A stretch of DNA of 39,545 nucleotides, from positions 1 to 39,545 of the forward strand of contig JBDREC010000109.1 of assembly GCA_043820105.1 (NCBI GenBank). Reading direction: 5' to 3'. This document shows, one piece after another, positions 8,610 through 17,772 of the stretch. The DNA comes from Pseudomonadota bacterium. Lineage in GTDB: Bacteria; Bdellovibrionota_F; JAHFAK01; JBDREC01. Numbering within the stretch: position 1 is the stretch's first letter; every line of letters begins with the position of its first letter. Under the pieces are notes generated by a model, which had not been told where the DNA came from, did no database searches, and was given only the letters and a program-made list of their open reading frames with translations. The translations under genes were made by a program, and so were the position numbers.

Positions 8610-10370
8610 TCACTTTTGTATGCTTAGTCCAAGATCTTTCAGTTGTTCCTCATCGTAAGGACTCGGTGAACCATCTAGTGGGTATGTTCCATTAGCGGAA
8701 TTTGGAAAAGCAATAACTTCTTTGATACTTTCTTCTCCTGCCATGATTGCAACGAGTCTGTCAAAACCTATTGCAGAGCCACCATGTGGAGGAGCTCCAT
8801 ATTTAAAGGCTTCAAGCAAGAAACCAAATTTACTTTGAGCTTCGGCCTCTGGCATTCCAATGAGTTTTAAAACTTTTCTTTGTAGCTCTGGTTTATTTAT
8901 TCTTATACTACCACTTAAAACTTCAACACCGTTTAATACAAGATCATACACTTTACCAATAACTTTTGTTGGATCAGTATCTAAATATTCAAGGCAATCA
9001 TCCTTAGGCATACAAAAAACATGATGAGATGGATCCCATCTTTTTTCATCTTCATTATAATCAAATAATGGAAAATCAACAATCCAGGCAAACTCATGTC
9101 TTTGCTTATCTTTTAAGCCTTCTTTTTCGCCAATAATATTTCGAACTCTATCTAAAGATGCATTAACAATCTTTTTATTAGAAGCTACAAATAATAAAAG
9201 ATCACCAGCTTTTGCGCCAGTTCTTTCAAGAAGTTCCTTGGCTAAATTATCTGTTAAAAACTTTGAAATACCAGCTTCAAGTCCATTCTCAGTTACCTTA
9301 ATAAACGCAAGCCCCTTAGCTCCCATAAGCTTTGCTTCTTCTTCTAATTCCTGAATCTGTTTTCTTGAATAAGCCTGGCAACCTTCAGCGTGCAAGGCTT
9401 TTACAAGGCCACCATTTTGCACAACATCCTTGAAGGCTGAAAATTCAGATCTTTCAAATATGTCAGAAACATCAGATAACAAGCACCCAAATCTAAGGTC
9501 AGGTTTATCACAACCGTATTTATCAAGTGCATCTTTATAAGTAATTTTTTTAAATCCTTTTTCTAAATTTATTCCAAAACACTCTTCAAACATTTTAATA
9601 AGATATGTTTCATTTGCATTAAACACATCTTCTTCATCAACAAAACTCATTTCTAAATCTACTTGTGTAAAAAATTGAGCCCTATCCTTTCTTAAATCTT
9701 CATCCCTAAAACATGTTGCAAATTGAAAATATCTATCAAAGCCTGAACACATTAAAAGTTGCTTATATAATTGAGGTGATTGAGGAAGAGCATAGCAATG
9801 TCCCTTGTGAACTCTTGAAGGAACTATAAAATCGCGAGCTCCTTCTGGTGTACTTCTTACAAAAAGTGGAGTTTCTATTTCTAAAAAACCTTGGTCAATT
9901 AAAGAGCCGCGAATTGAATCCATCATCTTGTGTCTTAAAATCATATTCTTTTTCATTTTATCATTTCTAAGGTCTAAGTATCGATATCTCAGTCTCAAAT
10001 CGTCACCAACTGGCTTATCTGAATCAATTTCAAAAGGAGGAGTCTGGCACTTTGTTAATATTTCAATTTCTATTGCTAGGATTTCTATTTCTCCTGTTGC
10101 ATATTTATTTGTTTTATCTTTTGCTTCTCTTTCAGATACAATACCTTTAACTAAGACACAGTCTTCCCTGTTTAAAGAAGAAGCAAGTTTATGAAATTCA
10201 AGATCTGTTTTTTCTTCAGATGATATAACTTGAGTTATCCCATATCTATCTCTTAGATGGAAAAAACAAATACTGCCGTGATCCAGCTTTTTAGCTACCC
10301 ATCCACAGAGTGTCACAGTTTCAGAAGCATTTTTAATTCCAAGTTCATTACAAGTGTGAGTTCTTAGCAT
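8610..10370 (-). CDS. aspS: Aspartate--tRNA ligase
   Basis: RTHTC, LRLRYRYLDLR, STPEGARDF, ALPQSPQ, CFRDEDLR and GAPPHGG..GFDR motifs. Confidence 0.98.
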   Translation of the reverse strand: MLRTHTCNELGIKNASETVTLCGWVAKKLDHGSICFFHLRDRYGITQVISSEEKTDLEFHKLASSLNREDCVLVKGIVSEREAKDKTNKYATGEIEILAIEIEILTKCQTPPFEIDSDKPVGDDLRLRYRYLDLRNDKMKKNMILRHKMMDSIRGSLIDQGFLEIETPLFVRSTPEGARDFIVPSRVHKGHCYALPQSPQLYKQLLMCSGFDRYFQFATCFRDEDLRKDRAQFFTQVDLEMSFVDEEDVFNANETYLIKMFEECFGINLEKGFKKITYKDALDKYGCDKPDLRFGCLLSDVSDIFERSEFSAFKDVVQNGGLVKALHAEGCQAYSRKQIQELEEEAKLMGAKGLAFIKVTENGLEAGISKFLTDNLAKELLERTGAKAGDLLLFVASNKKIVNASLDRVRNIIGEKEGLKDKQRHEFAWIVDFPLFDYNEDEKRWDPSHHVFCMPKDDCLEYLDTDPTKVIGKVYDLVLNGVEVLSGSIRINKPELQRKVLKLIGMPEAEAQSKFGFLLEAFKYGAPPHGGSAIGFDRLVAIMAGEESIKEVIAFPNSANGTYPLDGSPSPYDEEQLKDLGLSIQK

Positions 10371-10388
10371 TTAGATCTCCAAAAGAAA

Positions 10389-10455
10389 AGCTATCAGCTA
10401 CCAGCTGTCAGCTGTCAGCATATTAGCTGAAGGCTGAAGGCTGAAGGCTAAAAGC
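10389..10455. repeat. Heptamer tandem-repeat quasi-palindrome in the aspS leader
   Basis: AGCTATC AGCTACC AGCTGTC AGCTGTC AGC atatt AGCTGAA GGCTGAA GGCTGAA GGCTAAA AGC. Confidence 0.85.
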
Positions 10456-10754
10456 CCAGTTATAATAAAATTATTTAAATTTTTAAACACCATTAAACAG
10501 CAAAAAACAACAAAAATTATTAAATGACAAGATTCGATAAATATTTAGCAAAATTAATTAACAAATAACATTTGATATTTCAAATTAGACACTTATAATT
10601 ATTACCAAGTATCTATTTTCAACTAATAAATGGAGGAAAATAAAAAAAAATCAGTAGGATTAATTAATAGAAATAATAATTGATTTTTGTTTTTTTATCT
10701 ATACTGTACCCAACGTTGTTAATTAAATTTTTTTAATTTTATGGAGGTTTTTTT

Positions 10755-11780
10755 ATGAAAAGGATTTTAAGTTTAGTTTTATTAATCAGTTTGTTTTCAT
10801 TTTTCGCACTATCAGCTCAGGAAGCAGAGTATCCAAAAGTAAATTTTGGCGGCACTCTTTATACTGACTATCAGTTCACTTATAATGGTGCTGCAGGCAA
10901 CGATTTTACACTACAAAGAATGATGCTTAAAGCTGTTGGCAATGTTTCTGAAAACTGGAAGATCATTGCATTAACAGATGTTTATGGAACTGACACAGTT
11001 GTTAATGAAACAATTACACTATCAGATGGAACAACCGCAACAACTCTAGCCAGATCACCTTACACAATGAGAATGAATGAAGCTAGTGCTAACTACACTA
11101 ACTGGGGACACACTTTTAGTTTTGGTCTAATTAAAACATTATGGGATGTTCCAGATTACTCAACAATTTGGCACCACAGAAGTTACACAATCGTTCCACT
11201 TGCTCAATCAGGATATAACATGAATGGATCTTGGGATCTAGGTGTGTCTGTTGCTGGTAAAGCAGGTAATTTCTTAAAATACATGGCTGGTGTATTTAAT
11301 GGTGAAAGTTATTTAAATGTTGGTGAAGTTGATAATAACAAAAACTATCAAGGTAGACTACATTTTACTTTTGCTGAAAACTTCAATTTCATTACTGGTT
11401 TTGAAGTTGAAAGAGCAACCTCAGCTGCTGACTATGGAATATTAGTTCCAGTTATAGCTTATTATGATATGGGTTGGTTGAAACCAGCTGTTAACTTTAA
11501 CTTTAAAACAGTTGATGGCAACAATGATATGATGATAGCTGTAGTAGTTAACTCCTGGTTTGCAGACAAAAAAGTTAACCCATGGTTCGGCGTTCATTAT
11601 GGACTAGCATCTGATTCTGGAACTGTTACTCTTGCTGAAAATGATATAAAGGGTTATCTTGGTCTTGGATATAATTTTGCAAAACATGCTAAAGTTGATT
11701 TAGTTGCTACTTACACAAGAGATGATTCTGCTGATTCATATAATTTTGGTATTGGTCCTTTTCTTGAACTTGCTTTCTAA
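10755..11780 (+). CDS. Outer-membrane beta-barrel / porin-like protein
   Basis: Sec signal peptide, amphipathic aromatic-rich beta-strands, YMAGVFNG motif, C-terminal Phe and a strong GGAGG RBS. Confidence 0.75.
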   Translation: MKRILSLVLLISLFSFFALSAQEAEYPKVNFGGTLYTDYQFTYNGAAGNDFTLQRMMLKAVGNVSENWKIIALTDVYGTDTVVNETITLSDGTTATTLARSPYTMRMNEASANYTNWGHTFSFGLIKTLWDVPDYSTIWHHRSYTIVPLAQSGYNMNGSWDLGVSVAGKAGNFLKYMAGVFNGESYLNVGEVDNNKNYQGRLHFTFAENFNFITGFEVERATSAADYGILVPVIAYYDMGWLKPAVNFNFKTVDGNNDMMIAVVVNSWFADKKVNPWFGVHYGLASDSGTVTLAENDIKGYLGLGYNFAKHAKVDLVATYTRDDSADSYNFGIGPFLELAF

Positions 11781-12232
11781 GGAAATATAACTTTCCCTAA
11801 ACTACCTATTTTTATTTTTCCACCTTTTATTACCTTTGCAAATATACCTTTTTTAGGCATAACACAAAAACCAACTTTTTGAAATATTTCACAACCATGA
11901 TGACATTCTTTGCCTATTTGAGTAACTTCAAGCTCAGTATTATCAATTATTATTTTCGTGCCCACAGATAAATCTGAAAGTAAAACACCCTCTGTTGTAA
12001 TATTTTCAGCAAAAATACCAGGATTTAATTCAACATCACTTTTGTTTTTTATTGCTTCTCTCATTGTATCAATATCTTCTTCAGCTAACAGGGAAATTTG
12101 CCTATGCCAGTCACCAGCATGAGCGTCACCAATAATGCCATGATCTTCTTTAAGCAATGCCTCTTCAATAGCAGTTTTAATGGTGCCTTTTTCTTTAGAA
12201 ATATTAATTGAAATAATCTTAAATTCGCTCAT
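11777..12232 (-). CDS. MOSC-domain protein
   Basis: GIIGDAHAGDWHRQISLL, PGIFAENITT and TQIGKECHHGC...CVMPKKG motifs. Confidence 0.92.
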   Translation of the reverse strand: MSEFKIISINISKEKGTIKTAIEEALLKEDHGIIGDAHAGDWHRQISLLAEEDIDTMREAIKNKSDVELNPGIFAENITTEGVLLSDLSVGTKIIIDNTELEVTQIGKECHHGCEIFQKVGFCVMPKKGIFAKVIKGGKIKIGSLGKVIFP

Positions 12233-12678
12233 TTTTCTTCCTTTGTTTTTTCAACTAACTCAATTCCCCCAATCTTCATCTCTTTATCAACAGCCTTACA
12301 CATATCATAAATTGTTAAAGCAGCAACTGAAACAGCAGTTAAAGCTTCCATTTCAATACCTGTTTTATCTGTGCAAATAGCTTCTGAATAAATTTCAACA
12401 CCATCACTTACTAGTTCAAAGCTAAGGTCTATTTTATCAATTTCAATATTATGACAAAGAGGAATAAGGTCTGATGTTTTTTTGGCTCCCAAAATTCCAG
12501 CAATTTTAGCAACAGATAAAGCATCCCCTTTTTTTAAAAGCTTACTTTTCAATTTTTCTAAAGTACTTGCAGCTAGAACAATTTTTCCTTTTGCTTTAGC
12601 GACTCTCTTTACTTTCTTTTTATTTGAAATGTCTACCATCATAGCATTTCCATTTTTATCCATATGTGTAAATTCCAT
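12229..12678 (-). CDS. moaC: Cyclic pyranopterin monophosphate synthase MoaC
   Basis: MVDIS.K, LIPLCH and TGIEMEALTAVSVAALTIYDMCKA. Confidence 0.97.
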   Translation of the reverse strand: MEFTHMDKNGNAMMVDISNKKKVKRVAKAKGKIVLAASTLEKLKSKLLKKGDALSVAKIAGILGAKKTSDLIPLCHNIEIDKIDLSFELVSDGVEIYSEAICTDKTGIEMEALTAVSVAALTIYDMCKAVDKEMKIGGIELVEKTKEEK

Positions 12679-12686
12679 TTTAACTC

Positions 12687-13493
12687 CTATCCGCCAATTT
12701 CATTCATATTCCTCTTATTACAGGAAGCACCAACATCTGGTTTTTCTTGAATCGTCTGCAAGATGCTTCCTTTGATATCAGAAAAATCTACCTGAATTTC
12801 ATTATCTGAAAATAAACACGGCTTTAGTTTTCCATCTGCTAATAATCTTATTCTATTACATTTTTCGCAAGGCAAAGGTCTATCATAAATATAATTATCT
12901 TGTGGGCTCTTTATATGACCCAGTGAAAAATGATTAATAAGTTGCAGCTTTAATCCTTTTAACATGCAGAATTCTTTCATTTGAGTTATCTCAAAATCTG
13001 AGGTCTCTTCAAATACTACCATATTAATCTTAATAGACGAAAATCCATGTAAAAGGCTTTCATCAATCCCATTTAAAACTTTATCAAGTTTGCCTATCCT
13101 TGTTAGTTTTGCATATTTTTCAGGATCAATAGAATCAAGTGATATATTTAAAGCATTAAGCCCTGCTTTTTTTAATGCAGCTGCCTTTTCTTTTAACAAA
13201 ACGCCATTTGTTGTCATAGCTAATGCAGAAAGCCCTTCTAGTTTTGATAATTTAGAAACTAAGAATTCAATATTTTTCCTGACTAAGGGTTCCCCACCTG
13301 TAAGTCTTATTTTTTTTATTCCTAGTTGGACACATACTTTTGCAATTTTTTCAATTTGTTCAAAAGATAAAATATCATGATGTTTCTTTTTTTCAATACC
13401 ATTAGCTGGCATGCAGTAGGTACACCTTAAATTACATAGATCAGTAACAGATATTCTAATATAATCTATTTTTCTATTAAATTTGTCTAACAT
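12687..13493 (-). CDS. moaA: GTP 3',8-cyclase MoaA (short form, 268 aa)
   Basis: RISVTDLCNLRCTYCMP, RLTGGEP, CEKCNRIRL...PCL and terminal GG. Confidence 0.93.
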   Translation of the reverse strand: MLDKFNRKIDYIRISVTDLCNLRCTYCMPANGIEKKKHHDILSFEQIEKIAKVCVQLGIKKIRLTGGEPLVRKNIEFLVSKLSKLEGLSALAMTTNGVLLKEKAAALKKAGLNALNISLDSIDPEKYAKLTRIGKLDKVLNGIDESLLHGFSSIKINMVVFEETSDFEITQMKEFCMLKGLKLQLINHFSLGHIKSPQDNYIYDRPLPCEKCNRIRLLADGKLKPCLFSDNEIQVDFSDIKGSILQTIQEKPDVGASCNKRNMNEIGG

Positions 13494-14649
13494 CTAAGCT
13501 TGTTCCTTTTTTTATTTGTTTTACTCCAATTGGAATTTCCACAAGCCCATGCGCATTGCATAAGGAGTGCAGATGGCCAGATCCATGATATTCAACTGGC
13601 TCAATCAAATTTTTACCAACAAATCTTACAGGATGAAATAATAGTCTTTCGTCTCTTTTTCTTTTTATTTCTTTTGTTAATTTAGCTGTAATCAAGTAAT
13701 CAGAGTTTTCATAACCCATCATTTTTCGAAGCAATGGTTTTGTAAAAAGACTAAAGGTCACAAAAGCAGAAACTGGATTTCCTGGCAGACCAAAAATCAA
13801 CAAGTCTGCTTTTTTGCCAAAAACAGTTGGTTTTCCAGGTTGTATGGCAAGTTTTTCAAAGAATAGCTTAACCTTTTTCTTCTTAAAAATCACGGGTAGA
13901 AAGTCAAAATCTCCCATTGATACTCCACCTGTAAATAAAATCATATCACATTCCTTGATAGCTAAATCAAGCGTTTCTTCTAGTTTAGAAGGTTCATCCT
14001 CAACAATACCATAGTACTTATAATTAGCACCAAGCTCCTTAATTTTTGAAATAAGCATATAGCCATTTGAGTTTCTAATCTGACCAAGTTTTGGTTTTTT
14101 ATAAGGTTCTATTATCTCAGTTCCAGTAGATATAATTCCAACTAGTGGTTTTTGAAAAACCTTTACTTTGGTTTGACCAAAGGTGGCTAAAATAGCTACC
14201 TCTTGAGCTCTAATCTTAATTCCTTTTTGTAATACAACTTCATTTTTTTTAACATCTTCTGCTTTTCTGAGTATATTATTCTTAATATCTGCTTCAATAA
14301 TTTCAACAAATCCATCTTTAGTTGAAGTTTTTTCAACCATAGCTACAGCATCAGCGCCAACAGGAATCATTGCTCCTGTCATAATCTTTGAACACTCATT
14401 ATCTTTGATCGCTTTTTCAGGTCTTATTCCAGCCTGAATATGCTCAATCACTTTTAATTTATTTTTTGAATCTTTACTTTTATATGCATAACCATCCATT
14501 GCAGATTTATCAAAGGGAGGCGTATCAATGTCAGATTTTACATCTTGAGCTAAAATTCTTCCCAATGAATCTAAAAAGTCAATTTTTTCAATTTTAGGTT
14601 TAATATTCGTTTTATTAATTATCTCAATTGCTTCAGCATATGATATCAA
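13477..14649 (-). CDS. moeA: Molybdopterin molybdo/tungstotransferase MoeA
   Basis: PPFDKSAMDGYA, IMTGA, STGTE, TGGVSMGDFD, QPGKP and GLPGNPVS. TTG start with AAGGAG RBS. Confidence 0.96.
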   Translation of the reverse strand: MISYAEAIEIINKTNIKPKIEKIDFLDSLGRILAQDVKSDIDTPPFDKSAMDGYAYKSKDSKNKLKVIEHIQAGIRPEKAIKDNECSKIMTGAMIPVGADAVAMVEKTSTKDGFVEIIEADIKNNILRKAEDVKKNEVVLQKGIKIRAQEVAILATFGQTKVKVFQKPLVGIISTGTEIIEPYKKPKLGQIRNSNGYMLISKIKELGANYKYYGIVEDEPSKLEETLDLAIKECDMILFTGGVSMGDFDFLPVIFKKKKVKLFFEKLAIQPGKPTVFGKKADLLIFGLPGNPVSAFVTFSLFTKPLLRKMMGYENSDYLITAKLTKEIKRKRDERLLFHPVRFVGKNLIEPVEYHGSGHLHSLCNAHGLVEIPIGVKQIKKGTSLDVRQI

Positions 14650-14694
14650 AGAAAAGCTCCTTTTAGTAAAGTATTAGTAAGCTGTTTTTTGGCT

Positions 14695-14723
14695 ATATAT
14701 TAAGCAATAAATGAAAAGGCAAG
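14695..14723 (-). promoter_or_regulatory. Putative internal promoter for moeA-moaA-moaC-MOSC
   Basis: TTGCCT-17-TATATA on the minus strand. Confidence 0.4.
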
Positions 14724-14734
14724 GGGGAATTGTT

Positions 14735-14782
14735 TTTTAGTTGCAGGTTGCGAGTATAACCTCCAAACTACAAGCTAAAAGC
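14735..14782. repeat. Degenerate heptamer quasi-palindrome between the porin and moeA
   Basis: TTTTAG TTGCAGG TTGCGAG ... CTCCAAA CTACAAG CTAAAA. The minus-strand TAGCTTGTAGTTTGGAGG resembles 32243-32260. Confidence 0.5.
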
Positions 14783-14790
14783 TTCTTTAA

Positions 14791-16002
14791 TTAGTAAAGT
14801 AATTGAACACCAAGTCCTAAAAAATTGCCTTTTTGAGTATTAGCATCAGCAGTATAGGCAGAACTTGCTTCACCATATTGATATGCGTAGTGAAGATTAA
14901 TTTTGAAATTATTTTCCTTAATATACCAATTTAGACCCCCATCTATTACACCATGGTCCCCATCATATACAACAGAATTTGTGTCACCAATAAATTGAGA
15001 GTACATTACAACAGGCTCTAAAATAAAATTCTTTGGAAGCATAAAATTATAACCTATTCTTCCGACCCAGACCATATCCATATAACTTGAAGTATTTAGT
15101 GTTCTAAAAAGCAAATCAAACTCACCATTTAAATTAAGATTACCCCAGTTAAATAAAAAGTCAGCTCCTGCCATTTCATTGTGAGAAAAGCCACCTATAT
15201 ATTCACTGTCATCATCATAGGATTCATCAGTTGGACCTTGATAAGACCCATTTAATCCAAGTGTGAGCCCTTTTCTTTTTCCAAAGTAATTACTTTTATA
15301 TGACATGGTGTATTTTTCCATTTCAGGATCACCAATGGTAAAAGCAACTCGAGAAGCTATCAATGGGTAAGCTGAATAGCCATCTTCGCCTGTAATACTC
15401 TCTTGGTTTGATGTAAAAACTCCTAAATTGTAATCAAGGCTCCAGGCATCTCCCAAGTGAAGACCTCCTATATTAGCGCCTGTTTCTCTTCCAACACTTC
15501 TTCCCACAATATGAGATCTAACATAATAATTTGTAAGTGCTTTAACCATTGAGTTAACATTAAAAGCAGAATTAATACTTTCTTTACCAACTTGTGGCCT
15601 AAAATAGCCAATGCTAATATTGGCATAACTTGGATTTACTTTCCATGTAAATAAAGCATCCCATATATAAAACAGTCTGTTATCAGCTTGAGCCGTACCT
15701 GAGGTTGCAGTATTTGAATTTTTCCCTAAATTATCATAAGCAAAACTTACAAGATAAAATATATCATCAAATATCTTGCCCTTAGTGCCAATTCTGCCTC
15801 TCCTTATATATAAATCATTAAATGGCGAAATTGAAGTGCCAGCTGAATCAACAGCATCAAAGGTAGCTATATCCCATACTTGAACCTGCTGAAAAAGCTC
15901 TAAGGTATTACCTTCTCCAAACTCCATCTTTGGACCTGCAAAAGCATTTATTGCTAGCAAAAATAAAGCGGCAAAAACGATTGCAATATTTTTTAGATTC
16001 AT
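14791..16002 (-). CDS. Outer-membrane porin (OprO/OprP-like anion-selective porin superfamily)
   Basis: Signal peptide, LYIRRGRIG.KG, IWDA, IGYFRPQVG.E, GRETG motifs, beta-strands and an aromatic C-terminal residue. Confidence 0.75.
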   Translation of the reverse strand: MNLKNIAIVFAALFLLAINAFAGPKMEFGEGNTLELFQQVQVWDIATFDAVDSAGTSISPFNDLYIRRGRIGTKGKIFDDIFYLVSFAYDNLGKNSNTATSGTAQADNRLFYIWDALFTWKVNPSYANISIGYFRPQVGKESINSAFNVNSMVKALTNYYVRSHIVGRSVGRETGANIGGLHLGDAWSLDYNLGVFTSNQESITGEDGYSAYPLIASRVAFTIGDPEMEKYTMSYKSNYFGKRKGLTLGLNGSYQGPTDESYDDDSEYIGGFSHNEMAGADFLFNWGNLNLNGEFDLLFRTLNTSSYMDMVWVGRIGYNFMLPKNFILEPVVMYSQFIGDTNSVVYDGDHGVIDGGLNWYIKENNFKINLHYAYQYGEASSAYTADANTQKGNFLGLGVQLLY

Positions 16003-16012
16003 ACTTCACTCC

Positions 16013-17023
16013 TCAATGTTTAAAAAATAAAATAGCACTTGATTTAAAGGTTGCGAAAACTTCCATGTCCAATTTTAAATCAAGTTCTTGAAACGATTTA
16101 TTTGTAATATTAGCTTCAATTAAAAAACCAGCATCAATTACTAGCTCCACGTGTGACAACTTTTTTTTGAAATCAATAATTATTCCTTTTAAAGAGTTTC
16201 TTGCTGAACTTTCTAGTTTCTGTTTTGAAACCAATATGTCATCTGCTTTAATAGCAATATAAACAAAGTCACAATCTTCATGATTTGCATATATTTTAGC
16301 TTCATTTATTTTTATTATATTATTTTTAATTGATCCTTTATAAACATTTCTATAGCCAATAAAATCAGCGACAGTCTTATTCTTTGGATTTTGAAATATG
16401 TTTTCTGGTTTATCAACTTGAACAATCTCACCATTTAATAATACGCCGATCCTATCAGCCATGGCCAGGGCTTCCTCAAAATCATGAGTTACATGAATAA
16501 AGGTAGCCTTTGTTTCTTTATGTAATTCAGAAAACAGTTTTTGAATACCAGCTTTTTTATTTTGATCAAGAGCAGCTGTAGGCTCATCAATTAGAAAAAT
16601 GTCAGGTCTTACTACAACAGCTCTTGCTATTGCTACTCTTTGTTTTTCACCACCAGAAAGACTGGACACATCTCTTGTTAGCAAATGGCTAATGTTTAAT
16701 TTATCTGAAACGTTTAAAACCATCTTTTTTCTTTTTTCTTTTTCTATCTTAGCTATCTTAAGGCCATATGAAATATTTTCATAAACTGACAAATGTGGGA
16801 AAAGCATGTAATCTTGATAAATAAAACCAACTCTTTTCCCATCATTACCTTCAATAATACCAGCATCTTGCTTTTCAAACTTAGCCAACAACTCTAAAAC
16901 CACTGTCTTGCCTGCACCTGAAGGTCCAAGGATTACAAAATACTCTCCTTGAGTTATTTCAAGATTAATATTTTTCAAGTGAAATGTTTCAAATTTCTTT
17001 GAAACATTATTTAGAGTAATCAT
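16013..17023 (-). CDS. wtpC: Tungstate/molybdate ABC transporter ATPase with TOBE domain
   Basis: GPSGAGKT, LSGGEKQR, LIDEP, HVTHD and C-terminal SSARNSLKG TOBE. Confidence 0.9.
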   Translation of the reverse strand: MITLNNVSKKFETFHLKNINLEITQGEYFVILGPSGAGKTVVLELLAKFEKQDAGIIEGNDGKRVGFIYQDYMLFPHLSVYENISYGLKIAKIEKEKRKKMVLNVSDKLNISHLLTRDVSSLSGGEKQRVAIARAVVVRPDIFLIDEPTAALDQNKKAGIQKLFSELHKETKATFIHVTHDFEEALAMADRIGVLLNGEIVQVDKPENIFQNPKNKTVADFIGYRNVYKGSIKNNIIKINEAKIYANHEDCDFVYIAIKADDILVSKQKLESSARNSLKGIIIDFKKKLSHVELVIDAGFLIEANITNKSFQELDLKLDMEVFATFKSSAILFFKH

Positions 17024-17771
17024 TAAGCTTCCTATCTTCCAATATCCTTAGTGCAATAAATACAGCTAGGCATATTAAAATGAGTAAAACTGCAATTGGT
17101 TTTGCATACTTAAGGCCAAAAGCTTCGAAACGATCATAAATTAGCACAGGAGCAATCATTGGATGGTAAGCTAAAATAACAACCGCACCAAATTCAGATA
17201 TTCCCCTTGCCCACATCATTATTGAACCAGATAGAATTGATTTTTTTAATAAAGGAACCGTAACCGTAAAAAACGCCTTTAAAGGTGTAGCTCCAAGGGA
17301 TATTGCAACCTTTTCATATCTAGGGTCAATTAATTTTAAACCATTTTTAACACTATTAATTAAAAAAGGAACTGATACAAAAAACATAGCTAGTGAAATG
17401 GCGATTTCTGTTCCCATAATAGAAAAGCCCGTTAGCTCGCCAAAGGAAGATTTTCTTCCCCAAACTGATAATAGTGCAATTCCAGCTGCTGTATGAGGAA
17501 TAATTACAGGCAAATCAACGATTCCTTCAATAATTTTTTTTCCAAAAAAATTATACCTAACTAAAATATAAGCAAGTGGAACACCAAAAACAATTGCAAA
17601 CATAGTTGCCCAAAGGGATGCCCTTAAAGTTAAAACAATTGATGCAAGCACTTCTTTGTCAACAAGTGCTCCTTTTAAATCAATTAAAGGTGTAGAAAGC
17701 ATCATGTGAGCCAGGGGGTATAGTATAAAGACTACAATTAATAATCCTAATATAAAAAATACTTTTTTCAA
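17007..17771 (-). CDS. wtpB: Tungstate/molybdate ABC transporter permease
   Basis: DLPVIIPHTAAGIALL and WARGISEFGAVVILAYHP; ModB/WtpB type. Confidence 0.9.
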   Translation of the reverse strand: MKKVFFILGLLIVVFILYPLAHMMLSTPLIDLKGALVDKEVLASIVLTLRASLWATMFAIVFGVPLAYILVRYNFFGKKIIEGIVDLPVIIPHTAAGIALLSVWGRKSSFGELTGFSIMGTEIAISLAMFFVSVPFLINSVKNGLKLIDPRYEKVAISLGATPLKAFFTVTVPLLKKSILSGSIMMWARGISEFGAVVILAYHPMIAPVLIYDRFEAFGLKYAKPIAVLLILICLAVFIALRILEDRKLNDYSK

Positions 17772-17772
17772 T

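Noticed and set aside
14650-14790. Moco/Wco riboswitch upstream of moeA (also looked upstream of wtpA and fdhA)
   Set aside because: No recognisable conserved multi-stem GNRA/receptor pattern by eye; an Rfam scan would be needed to exclude it.
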